From Perna viridis (lineage: Eukaryota), in contig CM074512.1 in assembly GCA_037379345.1 (NCBI GenBank), forward strand, positions 62,269,597 through 62,333,596: a stretch of 64,000 nt of DNA, read 5' to 3'. Both the position numbers and the translations under genes were made by a program. The notes below the pieces were generated by a model. That model was not told the DNA's origin and ran no database searches. It was given only the letters and a program-made list of their open reading frames with translations. Below, piece after piece: positions 53,390 to 64,000 of the stretch (its first letter is position 1; every line of letters starts with the position of its first letter).

Positions 53390-53590
53390 ACAGAACACCA
53401 GCATGTAGCATGGCTTATCGCCTACGAAGTAAAGTTCAGCCATAAAAATCCGGCCGACCTTCCTAATACCGAACAATTACTGGTTCCGTTTTCCTGTCAG
53501 ATTCACTATCGCCATACAGAGAAACCAGCATGTAGTCCGACCAATCTCATGAGAAGTTCATTTCAGCCGTGAAAATCCGGACAATACAGA
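53390..53590. repeat. Diverged 127-bp-period tandem duplication
   Basis: ACCAGCATGTAG at 53397 and 53524, and TTCAGCC(A/G)T(A/G)AAAATCCGG at 53435 and 53562. Both pairs are offset by 127 bp. Confidence 0.75.
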
Positions 53591-55019
53591 TGACTTATAT
53601 TATGAAAAAAAAATACGAGACATCCGTAGTTTGCTTGTAACGACCCACAAAAGTCTATCAAAATGGGTTTATCTTATTGGCATAAATAACGGCAATTTTC
53701 AATGTTTCAAAGAACAGAAAGTCGCCACGCTTTTACGCAAAGAAAATGAAGTATTATCGTTTGAGCATTCTGTGACAAAATATTGAGTCTTATTTTTGTG
53801 TTGTCTTCGCAAAATGTAAAACTTCAAACAACTTATATTTGTACATAACGTCTTAAACAGTTTATTAACAAGAGGAAATTAAAGCAGTGTTTACAGAAAT
53901 AAATACTCAGAAGAGAAACTCCTTTTTCTGGTCGAGATTTGTAACGTATTACTGATCAAATACTAATTTAGGTAATCCAATTTCGCACCTTTGATGATAT
54001 GATGAGCACAGCGGGCAACATGTGCAAGATGCTGGTTTTGTTTTCTACAAATTACATTTTATTTACGGTGGGTTGAATTCAATTATTTCTTAAAGGAAAG
54101 GATAGACAGTTTGAGACTTTAGTCTATCGTTGACGGGTCGGTCGAAATTAAATTTGGTTTATCATATTTTCTGTACCAGTAAACCGGAAGTAAGGAAATC
54201 ATGTGATCAGAGAATATCATAAATAAACGATGAATGAAGTTTATTTTCTTTTGATTTCTGACACGTGTAAATTAATTTAGATATGCCTACTTAATAAGAT
54301 AAAACAAATTCAGATTTTCTGGAAATTTCCTAATTGGAAAATCGTTTTTTTGTATCGGAACAAAATATGAAAGTAAATCTTATACCGGGCTTAAAATAAA
54401 ACTGCTACTGCATTGAGCTTCATAATTTGTCAATACAATCCTAAAAAAATCAGAAACAAATTAGTCAAGCAACAAATCAAAATAAACAATACAGTATAAA
54501 AAAAGTAAATGTATAGTTTCATCCTCTTTAGACATAACAAATAGTCATTTTTCATATTTACCGAATGCAAGCCCTTTTTGCAAGGAAAGGGAAAATGACT
54601 AACATTTTAACTTCGGTAATTCCCTGAATGTTTTGAAATAAGTCATTTAGAAGTATCCAAGTACTTACCGCGGCTCTAATAAATTGTATATTTAGATTTG
54701 AAGTCTACTGTTGTCCATTACTCTAATTTGATAATAACCAGTCTGTTGGATGACAAATTTGTAGAAAGTTACTCCCCATTGCTTAAAATTCTATAAAAAC
54801 GAAAACTATTGTTGTTCTGCTGAGAGATATTAAAAGAACGCGGCTCCGATTCCTTTAGTTTCAAGACAACATTTACAATGTTTTAAAATTATTGGATATA
54901 AATTGGAAAATGAAATATTCTATTCTAATCTATCATATTCTGTTGCATCGGAAACGTTTGCCTGTGTTAAATAAAAGTTTAAAAAAATTCACGAAAACGT
55001 TTAAATTCGCAGAATTCTT

Positions 55020-55303
55020 TATGTGCCTGGCCCAAGCCAGGAACCTGTAGTGCAGTGGTTGTCGTTGTTTTTTTATTTTCATTATTATTCGTTTTACGTT
55101 TTTTTTAAGATAAGATCTATTTTAGTGTTACATGAGTAGTTTCACTTAATTTATTTTGGGGACTTTTACAGCTTGCTTTATTGCATAGGTTTTGCCCATC
55201 ATTGAAGACCGTGTGGTGAACTATAGAAGTGAAATTGTTCGTTGTTTTTGCTTTTGGTGGATGACTGTGATTGGCAATCATACCACATCTCCTATTTTTA
55301 TAT
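55020..55303 (+). mobile_element. Old SINE-like interspersed repeat
   Basis: CCCAAGCCAGGAACCTGTA...CATTGAAGACCGT...ATTGGCAATCATACCACATCTCCTATTTTTATAT. Related to 49375-49553. Confidence 0.55.
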
Positions 55304-58300
55304 CAGACAAAATAAGTGCTGCCGAACATCCGATACAAGACATATCAGTTTGGGCAACGGAGATGTTCTTAGAAAACCGAAAACAGTTCAGGTATTGTTG
55401 GATTTGTTTCTGCACAAAGGTAGGAACCTGTATTATGGCCTAAATTATTATCAATAACAACACACTCAGCTTTTTCCCCAAGAAAATTTAGTTACAAGCT
55501 TACTGAAGAATCATGCAGTAGGCGATAAATCTACTAGTATATTTTGGCAACATTTTAAATGATTTATATGCATTCAGAATTTCCTAGCAGTGCTTTGATA
55601 ACTAATAACATGATGTTTGGAAGGTGGTAAAAATCACTTAAACAATCATTTCATGAAAAACAAATAGCGAAGGACATTTTCCATTGGAATTCAAATAAAC
55701 AGTTTTGACCTAGTCCATTATTTTTTCACTACCTAACATACACTTGCTGTTGATATTTTGAAAACAAATAAGAAATGTGACGATATTTGCATGGTTCTTA
55801 GGTGGACCGACTCTTAAGACCCTAATTAAGGACACGAAACGGAAATAAAATCATATTGCACTAAAGTTTTAATTAGAATTTCATCTGTCTCCAAGAAATT
55901 CTCACCCACTTAAGGCAACGAGTTGATGAAATTAACCCCAGCAAGAGAATTTCTCTATCGTAACAGCCTAATTATTTCTTAGTTAGCTCGTAGTGTTGGG
56001 AGTCTGGAGCCCGGCATGCTGGTTCTGTGACAGGAAGTGGCCCTGGAATGGACAGTTTAATTAGCCTCGTACTGGCAGAGCACGAGATCTCGTAGCGGAA
56101 ATTAACACCGGGGTTTTAAGAACACCTGAAGTTGACAATGGAAATGAGGCGACCATGAATAGCTTAAGGTCAAATTTCTGAAATAAGCAAAGAAGATTAA
56201 AATTGGATATTTCCCGACATAAAAATGCAATGGATTTTTTCGACCCGTCTCTTTCTTCTATGTATTTGTCTAGTGCAGTCGAAAATAAATTAACTTTTAC
56301 AGATGTGATTACTTAAATATCAACTATACATAGCACCAGTCTAGTAAACGTGATTTTGTATTGTCACTCTCCTGCTTAACCATTTTGTTTCTGTTCAAAT
56401 TCTCAACTATTTCAAATCTAAAAAATAGTAATGCATGTATTCCATACTTCGATGCAAAATATTAATAGACCGTTTCGTGCTTATTTTCTTAGCAAGCTCA
56501 GTTGGTACTTCCGCGAGAAAGGTACATTTCTCCATAAAATTGGTTAAAACTGATTTAATTTATACGAGTATGTATACCAGTTACTGTACTGAAAATTAGA
56601 ACGAAAGAATCTATAGTAAATACAATCTAATTAAGAAGGTATCCATGGAAGATTTAAGCAGTGGGTGACAAATGCCAAAAAAAAAAATCAAAAAAAAAAA
56701 ATCAACATTTCATGTTTTCTAAAAAAAAAATAGGGAATGCTAATTTATCAAGGACGAAAATAGTAAGAACGAAACTATAAACAAAGTATGCATCAAACAA
56801 AACTTAAAGTCTGTCCATATTTTAATTGATTTGCTAGGAACATTTATTTTAATTCATCATTTGTTGATACAGAAAAAAATCCCTGTTCTCTGACGTCATC
56901 ATGAGTTTGAAAAAATGAGTGGGATTTACTGTGTACTGTCCACATCATAGGGTCTGGTCATTTTTTTGAAAAGCATTACCGATAACCGACCATCTTACAT
57001 GTAAACGCGGAGCACGATAATTCTCCGTCATTCATTTTATGCCATTATGATAGAAACATGAATATATTTTCGAATGATTTATAAAAATACGTACTTTCCA
57101 TACATAATACTTCATTCCGGGGTTTTTAGATTCGAGATTTCTTATAGTTTGTGTTGTTAGTGTTGTACTCTTGTACTAATTAGGTTATTCCACGGATTCA
57201 TATTTCAAATTTCCAAATGTAAATGTAAATACTTGTTTATTCATTTTGAACTTATATTCTATTCAATTATGAATAAAAAATGGAAGACAAATGCAGTTAT
57301 AGTATTATAATAATCAGTGGCAAGCAATCTTCAGCGCTTTTGGCATACTAATAACTGCTAACTCTATCGATGTATTTTGAATTCGTTTGATTTATTTCTC
57401 TTCGGGGTCGGGGAGCTGGGTGGGGGAGGGGGGGTTAAGACATGATCTGTTTGTATCCAGCGATTATTTTGCACTTGAGTAATTATCAGACAGCAGGTGA
57501 TTCATGCATGTCAAAACCCACCAAATTCAATGTTATTTCTCGCTCAGAAACAGTTGCTGGTCACATAACCAGTCATAGTTGTTGTACTACTGAGATAAAA
57601 ATTATATAGATTGCACGTGGAATTTGCACTATGCAAGAGTTATCGTTCTTGATTTGGTTTCATTTGGTTGATTTCAGTGGGAGATGAATGTATGAATTTC
57701 TAAAAAGTGCAGATCTGAATGCAGAAATGATTATCATTATGTGGAAGTATAGCATATGTAGACTGAAAAAGCATGGTTTGTTTGGAGAGTTTCTCTTCGC
57801 CATGAATCACTTTACTATTGGCAGTGTCTGAATTTTACGTGGACTGGTACTTAATTGGTTAAAATTCGAAATGTCGTCTCTCCTTGATTTTACCCCTTTT
57901 CAGTATCAAGTTAAAGATGCACAACTGGAAGAGAGGAGTGAAATCGATGGAATCAATGACGTTAGTCATTAAAGCAAAATATGAAGACCGCACCATATTA
58001 TGATAAAGTGAACAGCAAATATGTCGGATATCAATGACATCACCCATGAGATAAAAAACAAATATTTATTTACACTGACAAAACAATTCTCTTCTGTGAG
58101 GTAAAATGGTACATATACTTAGTGACATTTGGATCAAGTATGACAGCAAAGAAAGTCAATGATCAGAGTTTACTTCAAGAGTTTTTTTTTCAAACGGGTT
58201 CCATGACTTACACAAGAGTAAGTTGGACAGACCATGTTGCCACAAAATTATATACAAGGTTGTTGCTACAAGATAAAATCATCCGCTATTGTGTATCCAC

Positions 58301-58363
58301 CTGAATTCTTCATAGTGTAATAATTTTCCTCTTTAATCTACCCCTGGCGTGATATTTTATGAG

Positions 58364-58602
58364 CAACTCGGCGAGTGTTTCTATAGAAGCAGAGGACGCT
58401 TACCCTACCGATGCACCTGCTCCATGCTCCCAGTTTTTAGGAAATCCGGGTTGTTCATTTACATTTGTTTCTTTGTGCGTGTCTTTTTTCGGTAATTTCA
58501 TGTTCTTTGTTGTGTGTGCCTATTTCCTTGTCTAGTCGTTATCTTTGGATTACGTTTTTTTTTAATTACCGTTCCATTGCTGTTTCCCTTGATTTTCCTT
58601 TC
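58364..58602 (+). mobile_element. Interspersed ~240-bp repeat, copy B (more diverged)
   Basis: CAACTCGGCGAGTGTTTCTATAGAAGCAGAGGACGCTTACCCTACCG...CCCTTGATT matches copies A and C. Confidence 0.85.
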
Positions 58603-58800
58603 TACGAACATTACTAATGACCTTAACGTGTATAATAAACAAGAATGATTATATATATTCTATTTTCTTGATGACACGTAGAAACACTACTTTGTATGCA
58701 TACAAATTGTTCTTATTCTTGCAGTTTAATACTAGTACAATGTTTCTTCGAATTTTGAAAATAAGTTATACAGTAGCACCAGTTATAAACTTACGCTTAA

Positions 58801-59005
58801 GGACGCTTACCCTACCGGTGCACCTGGTCCATGCTCCCAGTTTTTAGTGAAGTCCGAGTTGCTCATTTCTTTAGTTACTTTGTATGTATGATTTTAGTTA
58901 CATTATGTTCTTTGTTGTGTATGTCTGTTTTCCATGTCTGGTCTTCGTCCCTGGATTACATTCTTTTGATTACCGCTATAACCTTGGTTCCCTTGATTAC
59001 TCTTT
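58801..59005 (+). mobile_element. Interspersed repeat, copy C (5'-truncated)
   Basis: Starts at GGACGCTTACCC and ends ACCTTGGTTCCCTTGATTACTCTTT. Closely similar to copy A. Confidence 0.85.
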
Positions 59006-60947
59006 ACGATCACCCCATCGATGAATCTAAATCCTAGTTCATGGACAAATTTCTTGGTGAGTCTGAATTGTGTTATTGTACTTTGTGTGCATTTAGTTGC
59101 CCCAATCAAAGCTTCTTGATATTTTATATTTACATACCGGGTAATTTTCAAGCTCTGATTTACCTTAAATCTAACAAACTTTTGTATCAAGCATCGTTTT
59201 TTCTTCTTTTTAAAGTTGGCGTGAAATATCTCCTGTGTATAGACAAAAATGAGCAGAGTGTAAGCAAAAATATCCGTGATAAGCATTTTTGAAGGTCAGG
59301 GGACTAGATCAAAACGGGGCAATGGACACCCTATTCTAATTGAATTTTAAATTGCATATGGAATTTGAAACGTCTTTCAATTTTAAATTCTGGTACAATG
59401 TTGTCGTTAAGATAAGTGGACAAGGCTGGACATCTTCATTACATTAAAATTCCTTTCTTGAACCAGAAAATCACCTGATGTAATGAAGGACCATCCATTG
59501 TACAGGTGAGATTAATTTCCGTTCCAATGATGGGGAGGCAACGAATGAAATAATCGAGTTTCTTTGTTTGTATTGTTCCTGGAACAATTACGACCAGAAT
59601 CGCCATCATTCAGAAGGACCTATTATATAATGGACCCTCCACTTACAAGTCCTGCCATTGAACAGGGCTGTAAAGTTCCCACTTGAAAATATCTCTACTA
59701 GCGACGTCACATCAAATATTTAAACAGATTTTAATCCTTTAAGAGTCAAACTGCGGAGATTTTCATTAATATTGATGGGACTGTCAGCCCCTAGGATTAT
59801 TAATTGAATATTTAATCACCCCTTTACTTCACTTGCACTCTGATAGTTCAAGCATTGATTAATTCATTTTTTGTGATGCCAGCTTTGGTTTTAGGTCTGA
59901 CTATCTTCCAGATTCTCTAGGACACGTAATAGTTTCGCTGTTTCAAACTTGTTTAACCTTGTCTCAAGCTGTGGATTCTTAGAGCGTAACATTAGATAGT
60001 TTTGAAGCGTAGCAGTCAAGCACAAAATCACGACTAAGTTTTAAAACAACACTTTTTGACACGTTCTCAATCTCTTTAGTTAATTTTATATAAAACATAA
60101 CAACCCAAACATGTGTTTATAATGTTTTAATCATTATAAAATATATATTTTATTTCTTAATCCTGAACAGCCTTCTTTTACAAGATAAAATAGAAAGTTT
60201 ACAACAATACAGACAAGAAATTGTCTCTCTAGGTCTTAATCTCAAGTTCATTCCAGTTGTCCTAAACATATGTGAAAATAATAGTCATCTTCGGTATTAA
60301 TATCGACCTTGGTAATTATCATGTGCAAGCTGTTACGACCTCTCTGATTGGCCCGTGATTAAAATATTGCTACAAACAAAATGTTTAACACTCTGCCTCA
60401 TTTGAAAGAATCGCCCGCAGTCACTACAGCAATGACATTAAACACATAATTTGACAACAAGAAGAAAATGTAACATCCTTTGATTTCCATCACATATGTT
60501 AATATTACATTTTCATATTTGCCAATAAATATTACGTATATAAAGATATGTGTCAGATGTTTACAATCACATCATCCTTTTGTTATTTACATGAATCTAT
60601 GCTTTTTAATTTATGATAAATACCTTCATTTTAGAATTATTAACTCAGAATGTTTGACGACATCACCAGAATCATTGTTATGGACATACAGTGATTTAGC
60701 AACTGCAGATTGTGATAAAGATAGCTGTTTATTGATGTACAATAATAGACATATTTATTTCTTTGATCTGTGTAGAAAATTCAAACTTCAAACAAAAAAA
60801 AGCTTATCCTAAAATAATATTTTTTTCCCGAGTTTGTATTGTTTAGATACTCGGAAAAAACTCTTTAATTGCGGTTAAATGTTTTCCCTGAACCACCAAA
60901 GTAAAACCAATGTCGACGTTGCCCTGTCCAGTTTGAATTGTCTTGTC

Positions 60948-61078
60948 CGATGGTCGATCCAGAGGTGGTGAACTTTTTTGAACTTTGTCTTAATTTCGTG
61001 CAAAATTTGGGCAAAAGTGAGCAGGTACAAGTAGCATAGACGACCACCCCTTTTTCAAAATCTCTGGATCCGCCAATG
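60948..61078 (-). mobile_element. GGATCC-TIR family, copy 4 (opposite orientation)
   Basis: CGATGGTCGATCCAGAGG ... CAAAATCTCTGGATCCGCCAATG, with flanks TTGTC / TTGCT. Confidence 0.65.
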
Positions 61079-61387
61079 TTGCTGTACATAATGTTGGTTA
61101 CTTCTGTTGATATCCTACTACATTCTCTTCTTAAAATGCTTTGTTATGATAACGCACTTACTCCAATAACTTTTCATTTCTTCATTGTGTAACTTGATTA
61201 ATTTCTCCAAACGTGAAATCTTAAACATTGTTACTTTCGTGTATTGATATATTCAGCCAAAATTTTCCCAATAGAATCTGTAAGTGTTGCTTCGATTACA
61301 GTTAAAAATTTATGCAGACGCAAAGTCTTACGCAACATATAAATAACTTGTGCAGTTGATCATTAGTTTTCTTTTGGTTGTAATACA

Positions 61388-61500
61388 CAGTGAAACTTGT
61401 CTAAACCAAACATCTCTTAGACTTCAAATTTGGTTCGGTTTAGACAGACGATCGGTTTATCAAGTTCAGAATGTCATGCAGATTGGTATTCATGGACTTC
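61388..61500 (+). mobile_element. Left end of a Tc1/mariner (pogo-like) MITE remnant
   Basis: CAGTGAAACTTGTCTAAACC terminus with an internal palindrome, TGTCTAAACCAAAC (61398-61411) / GTTCGGTTTAGACA (61433-61446). No convincing right end was found. Confidence 0.45.
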
Positions 61501-61809
61501 AAAAAGTCTGTGATTGAACAGTTTTATCATCGATTTATTTGTATTAGATAAAACACTGTTTCAGGATGCCATTATTCTGACTTTACCCTATCCATCTACA
61601 ATTAAAAGAAATTTAGGATATCATATGATTTAGTTCATACAAAACGCGTAACAACCTCGGAACACTCATAGTTTATATAGATGGAGGTGTGTTATTGCAT
61701 ATAATATGAACAACATAATGTCATTTCACGTTTAACGTATGTTTCAATACTTTAAACATTTCACTACCAATCACTGCAAGTCAATAATTTGTTGTGTATT
61801 ATGGATATT

Positions 61810-61927
61810 TCGGGCTGATATGGACATCTGCCTGCCGGACTGTTATGGATGACCGACGTACCTGCCTACCGGGCTGTTATGGATGACTGATGTACCTCCC
61901 TGCTGGGCTGTTCTGGTTGTTCGATGT
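61810..61927. repeat. 34-bp GC-richer minisatellite, ~3.5 units
   Basis: CTGCCT(G/A)CCGG(A/G)CTGTTATGGATGAC(C/T)GA(C/T)GTAC repeated. Confidence 0.85.
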
Positions 61928-63005
61928 GATGTCCAAAAAATCTGTATCCAGACCTCTGCACTAATTCTCTGGTACTAAAATTCTGATACAATTTATTTAT
62001 CTTTCACTTTATGTGGTAATAATTGTGTTGCTCTATTAAAACCTTCAATCTTAAAACTTTAAGTAAAATTCTGGTCAGTGTGTATTGTTAATATTTTACC
62101 CTGTATTCCCAATGTATGCTTAAGGTTTTTTTTATTGGTATTCTTCTTATTTGTCACTAAACGTTTAAAATTGAAATAATTGTACTGTGTTAATCGTGAT
62201 TTTACTTGATTGCATTTCCAATCTATTTCATGATTCTTCCTACACGCTTTAAGTATTGCATCAGCACACTTTCTAAGAAAACTCCCAACCAATCTTCCGA
62301 TAATAAAGATACTAAATGTATATGAATTGTACTGCTGTGATCACGTATTGTGGTTTACAATGAAGGCAACAGATTTACCGTACAATACAAGACAATGAAT
62401 AAATTGATCAGATATTCACGATTTTATCTTCATTAATGAAGTCCACAGTTAAAATGATGTGTTATATTTAAAGAAAAAACCTTGCAAAGTGATTAAAGGT
62501 AATTTAGAAATGTCTTTACCATTATTACTTATGACTATTTTTATGTTAAAAGTCATTGTATTAATAAATGTTGTTATATTTTTATCAGAAATTTTCACAA
62601 TGTTTATACATGATTGTTATTAAAAGAAGGCAACTTATAAAATCTAGGCAATAGTTATAAGAAATGGTCAAAAAGAAAACGACAATGATTATTCTATTAA
62701 TTAAGCAATATTTTGGAATTCACTTGGAAAATACTTTTTTGACATATATTATTTTCTCTTTTCTTTTTGTCCTCAAGATTATTTTTGTTACCATGTATTG
62801 GTGTCTGTTAAATGAATATTTTACTCAGTAAAAGACATATTTTGTTTATATATTCATATAATATACTGTAGTGAATAGAATACATGTTTTCAGCGATGGA
62901 AAGAAGAAAACTGGTAGAATAAATAAGGGACATTTCCTGATGTCAGTATTATGTTTTAGTCAATGAATTACTCTTATTTACCCAAATTAACCAGTTTGTT
63001 TTCAG

Positions 63006-63006
<1 letters not shown>

Positions 63007-63038
<32 letters not shown>
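63007..63038. repeat. (AC)16 microsatellite
   Basis: Read directly from the sequence. Confidence 0.97.
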
Positions 63039-63043
<5 letters not shown>

Positions 63044-64000
63044 TGACAAGCATGGTCCACTACTGTAATAAATACCATTAATTTATCACTTTTTTGATTA
63101 TCTCTCAAACAAAAATAGTAAGAAAATTAATTCTTTTAGTCATATTTTCCACCAGCATATTTTATGTATCTATTTCTTTTAACACCTGAATCATTCAGAA
63201 TATATCAATAATTGTTGTTCCTTAAAACATTGACCCAAACACAAGATTTCATGCATTCTACTATAGATTAACTTTTTCGATTTTTTTTGGTGTTTTTATA
63301 GCCATGTACTTTTTATTATGTTATGTATACCGAGTCACGCCTGTGCATATATTTACTATATCACTAATCTGTCTTGTAGCACATGTGTTGCAGATGGTTT
63401 GTTCACTGTGAGGCATAAATGTCAGCAATAAATAAACATAGTCATTTATGTTCTAAATAACATTTTCAAACACTGTTAATGTCATAATAGGACTAGTTTT
63501 GGCATGGTTTTGGAAATTGTGTCACTGTAGCAAGCTTAAGAACCAAATGCAGAGAAGGTTTCAATATTTTGATAGAAATACAATCCTATAATTATTTAAA
63601 TGCAGGATCGTTTTGGTTGATTTGATAAAAAAGATTTGTTTTCAAATCAAATCTTTAATGTAATGCAAATATTTATTTAATACCCTTGCTTCACTATTGC
63701 ATGATCCATTACCAATTCCATATTTCAATAAGCTTCATTAATTTTCAGCACATTTGCCTTAATTTCTCTTTCCAATGGATATTAACATATTTTTGCCATG
63801 CCTTATTAGATAATAATTTCTGCATTGGACTACATTTGTGTGTACTTGTTATTTCAATGCTGTAATTTGTCAGGGCAAGTTGTACACTCATACTTTTCTT
63901 TAATACTGAATCAATGGCCTATTTCTAAATAATTTTATTGTTCTTTATTTCTAGTTTGTATAGATGTTGATAGTTTGATATGTATGAAGTTCACCGCTGT

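Noticed and set aside
59468-59513. Short hairpin as a pre-miRNA
   Set aside because: The stem is only ~14-17 bp, too short. It is better explained by opposed E-boxes.
2322-62292. Remaining 60-127 aa ORFs in the track
   Set aside because: F/I/L/K-rich composition typical of random AT-rich DNA, many with non-ATG starts, and no recognisable homology.

Overview
AT-rich eukaryotic (animal) genomic DNA. Composition and repeat content suggest a bivalve mollusc, possibly oyster-like; this is inference. The only protein-coding gene I can support is an intronless SoxB1 (Sox2/SoxNeuro-type) HMG-box transcription factor at 26646-27626 (+), sitting in a gene desert. The rest is non-coding. It includes minisatellites (a 41-bp array with a 7-mer higher-order duplication, plus 34-, 35- and ~46-bp arrays) and several non-autonomous DNA-transposon families. 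These are a 322-bp MITE with perfect 18-bp TIRs and an AT target duplication, a GGATCC-TIR family with 5-bp TSDs, and a fold-back element. There is also a three-copy interspersed repeat whose 5' part can fold into a multi-stem RNA, LINE remnants, and several motif-dense blocks that are candidate SoxB1 enhancers. I see no prokaryotic system, CRISPR array, tRNA or rRNA, and the other ORFs in the track look spurious. The best leads are the structured repeat RNA, a possible recursive splice site with hairpins hinting at a long overlapping transcript, a roughly 8-fold excess of TACATGTA, and the candidate enhancers. All of these are hypotheses; no database searches were run.
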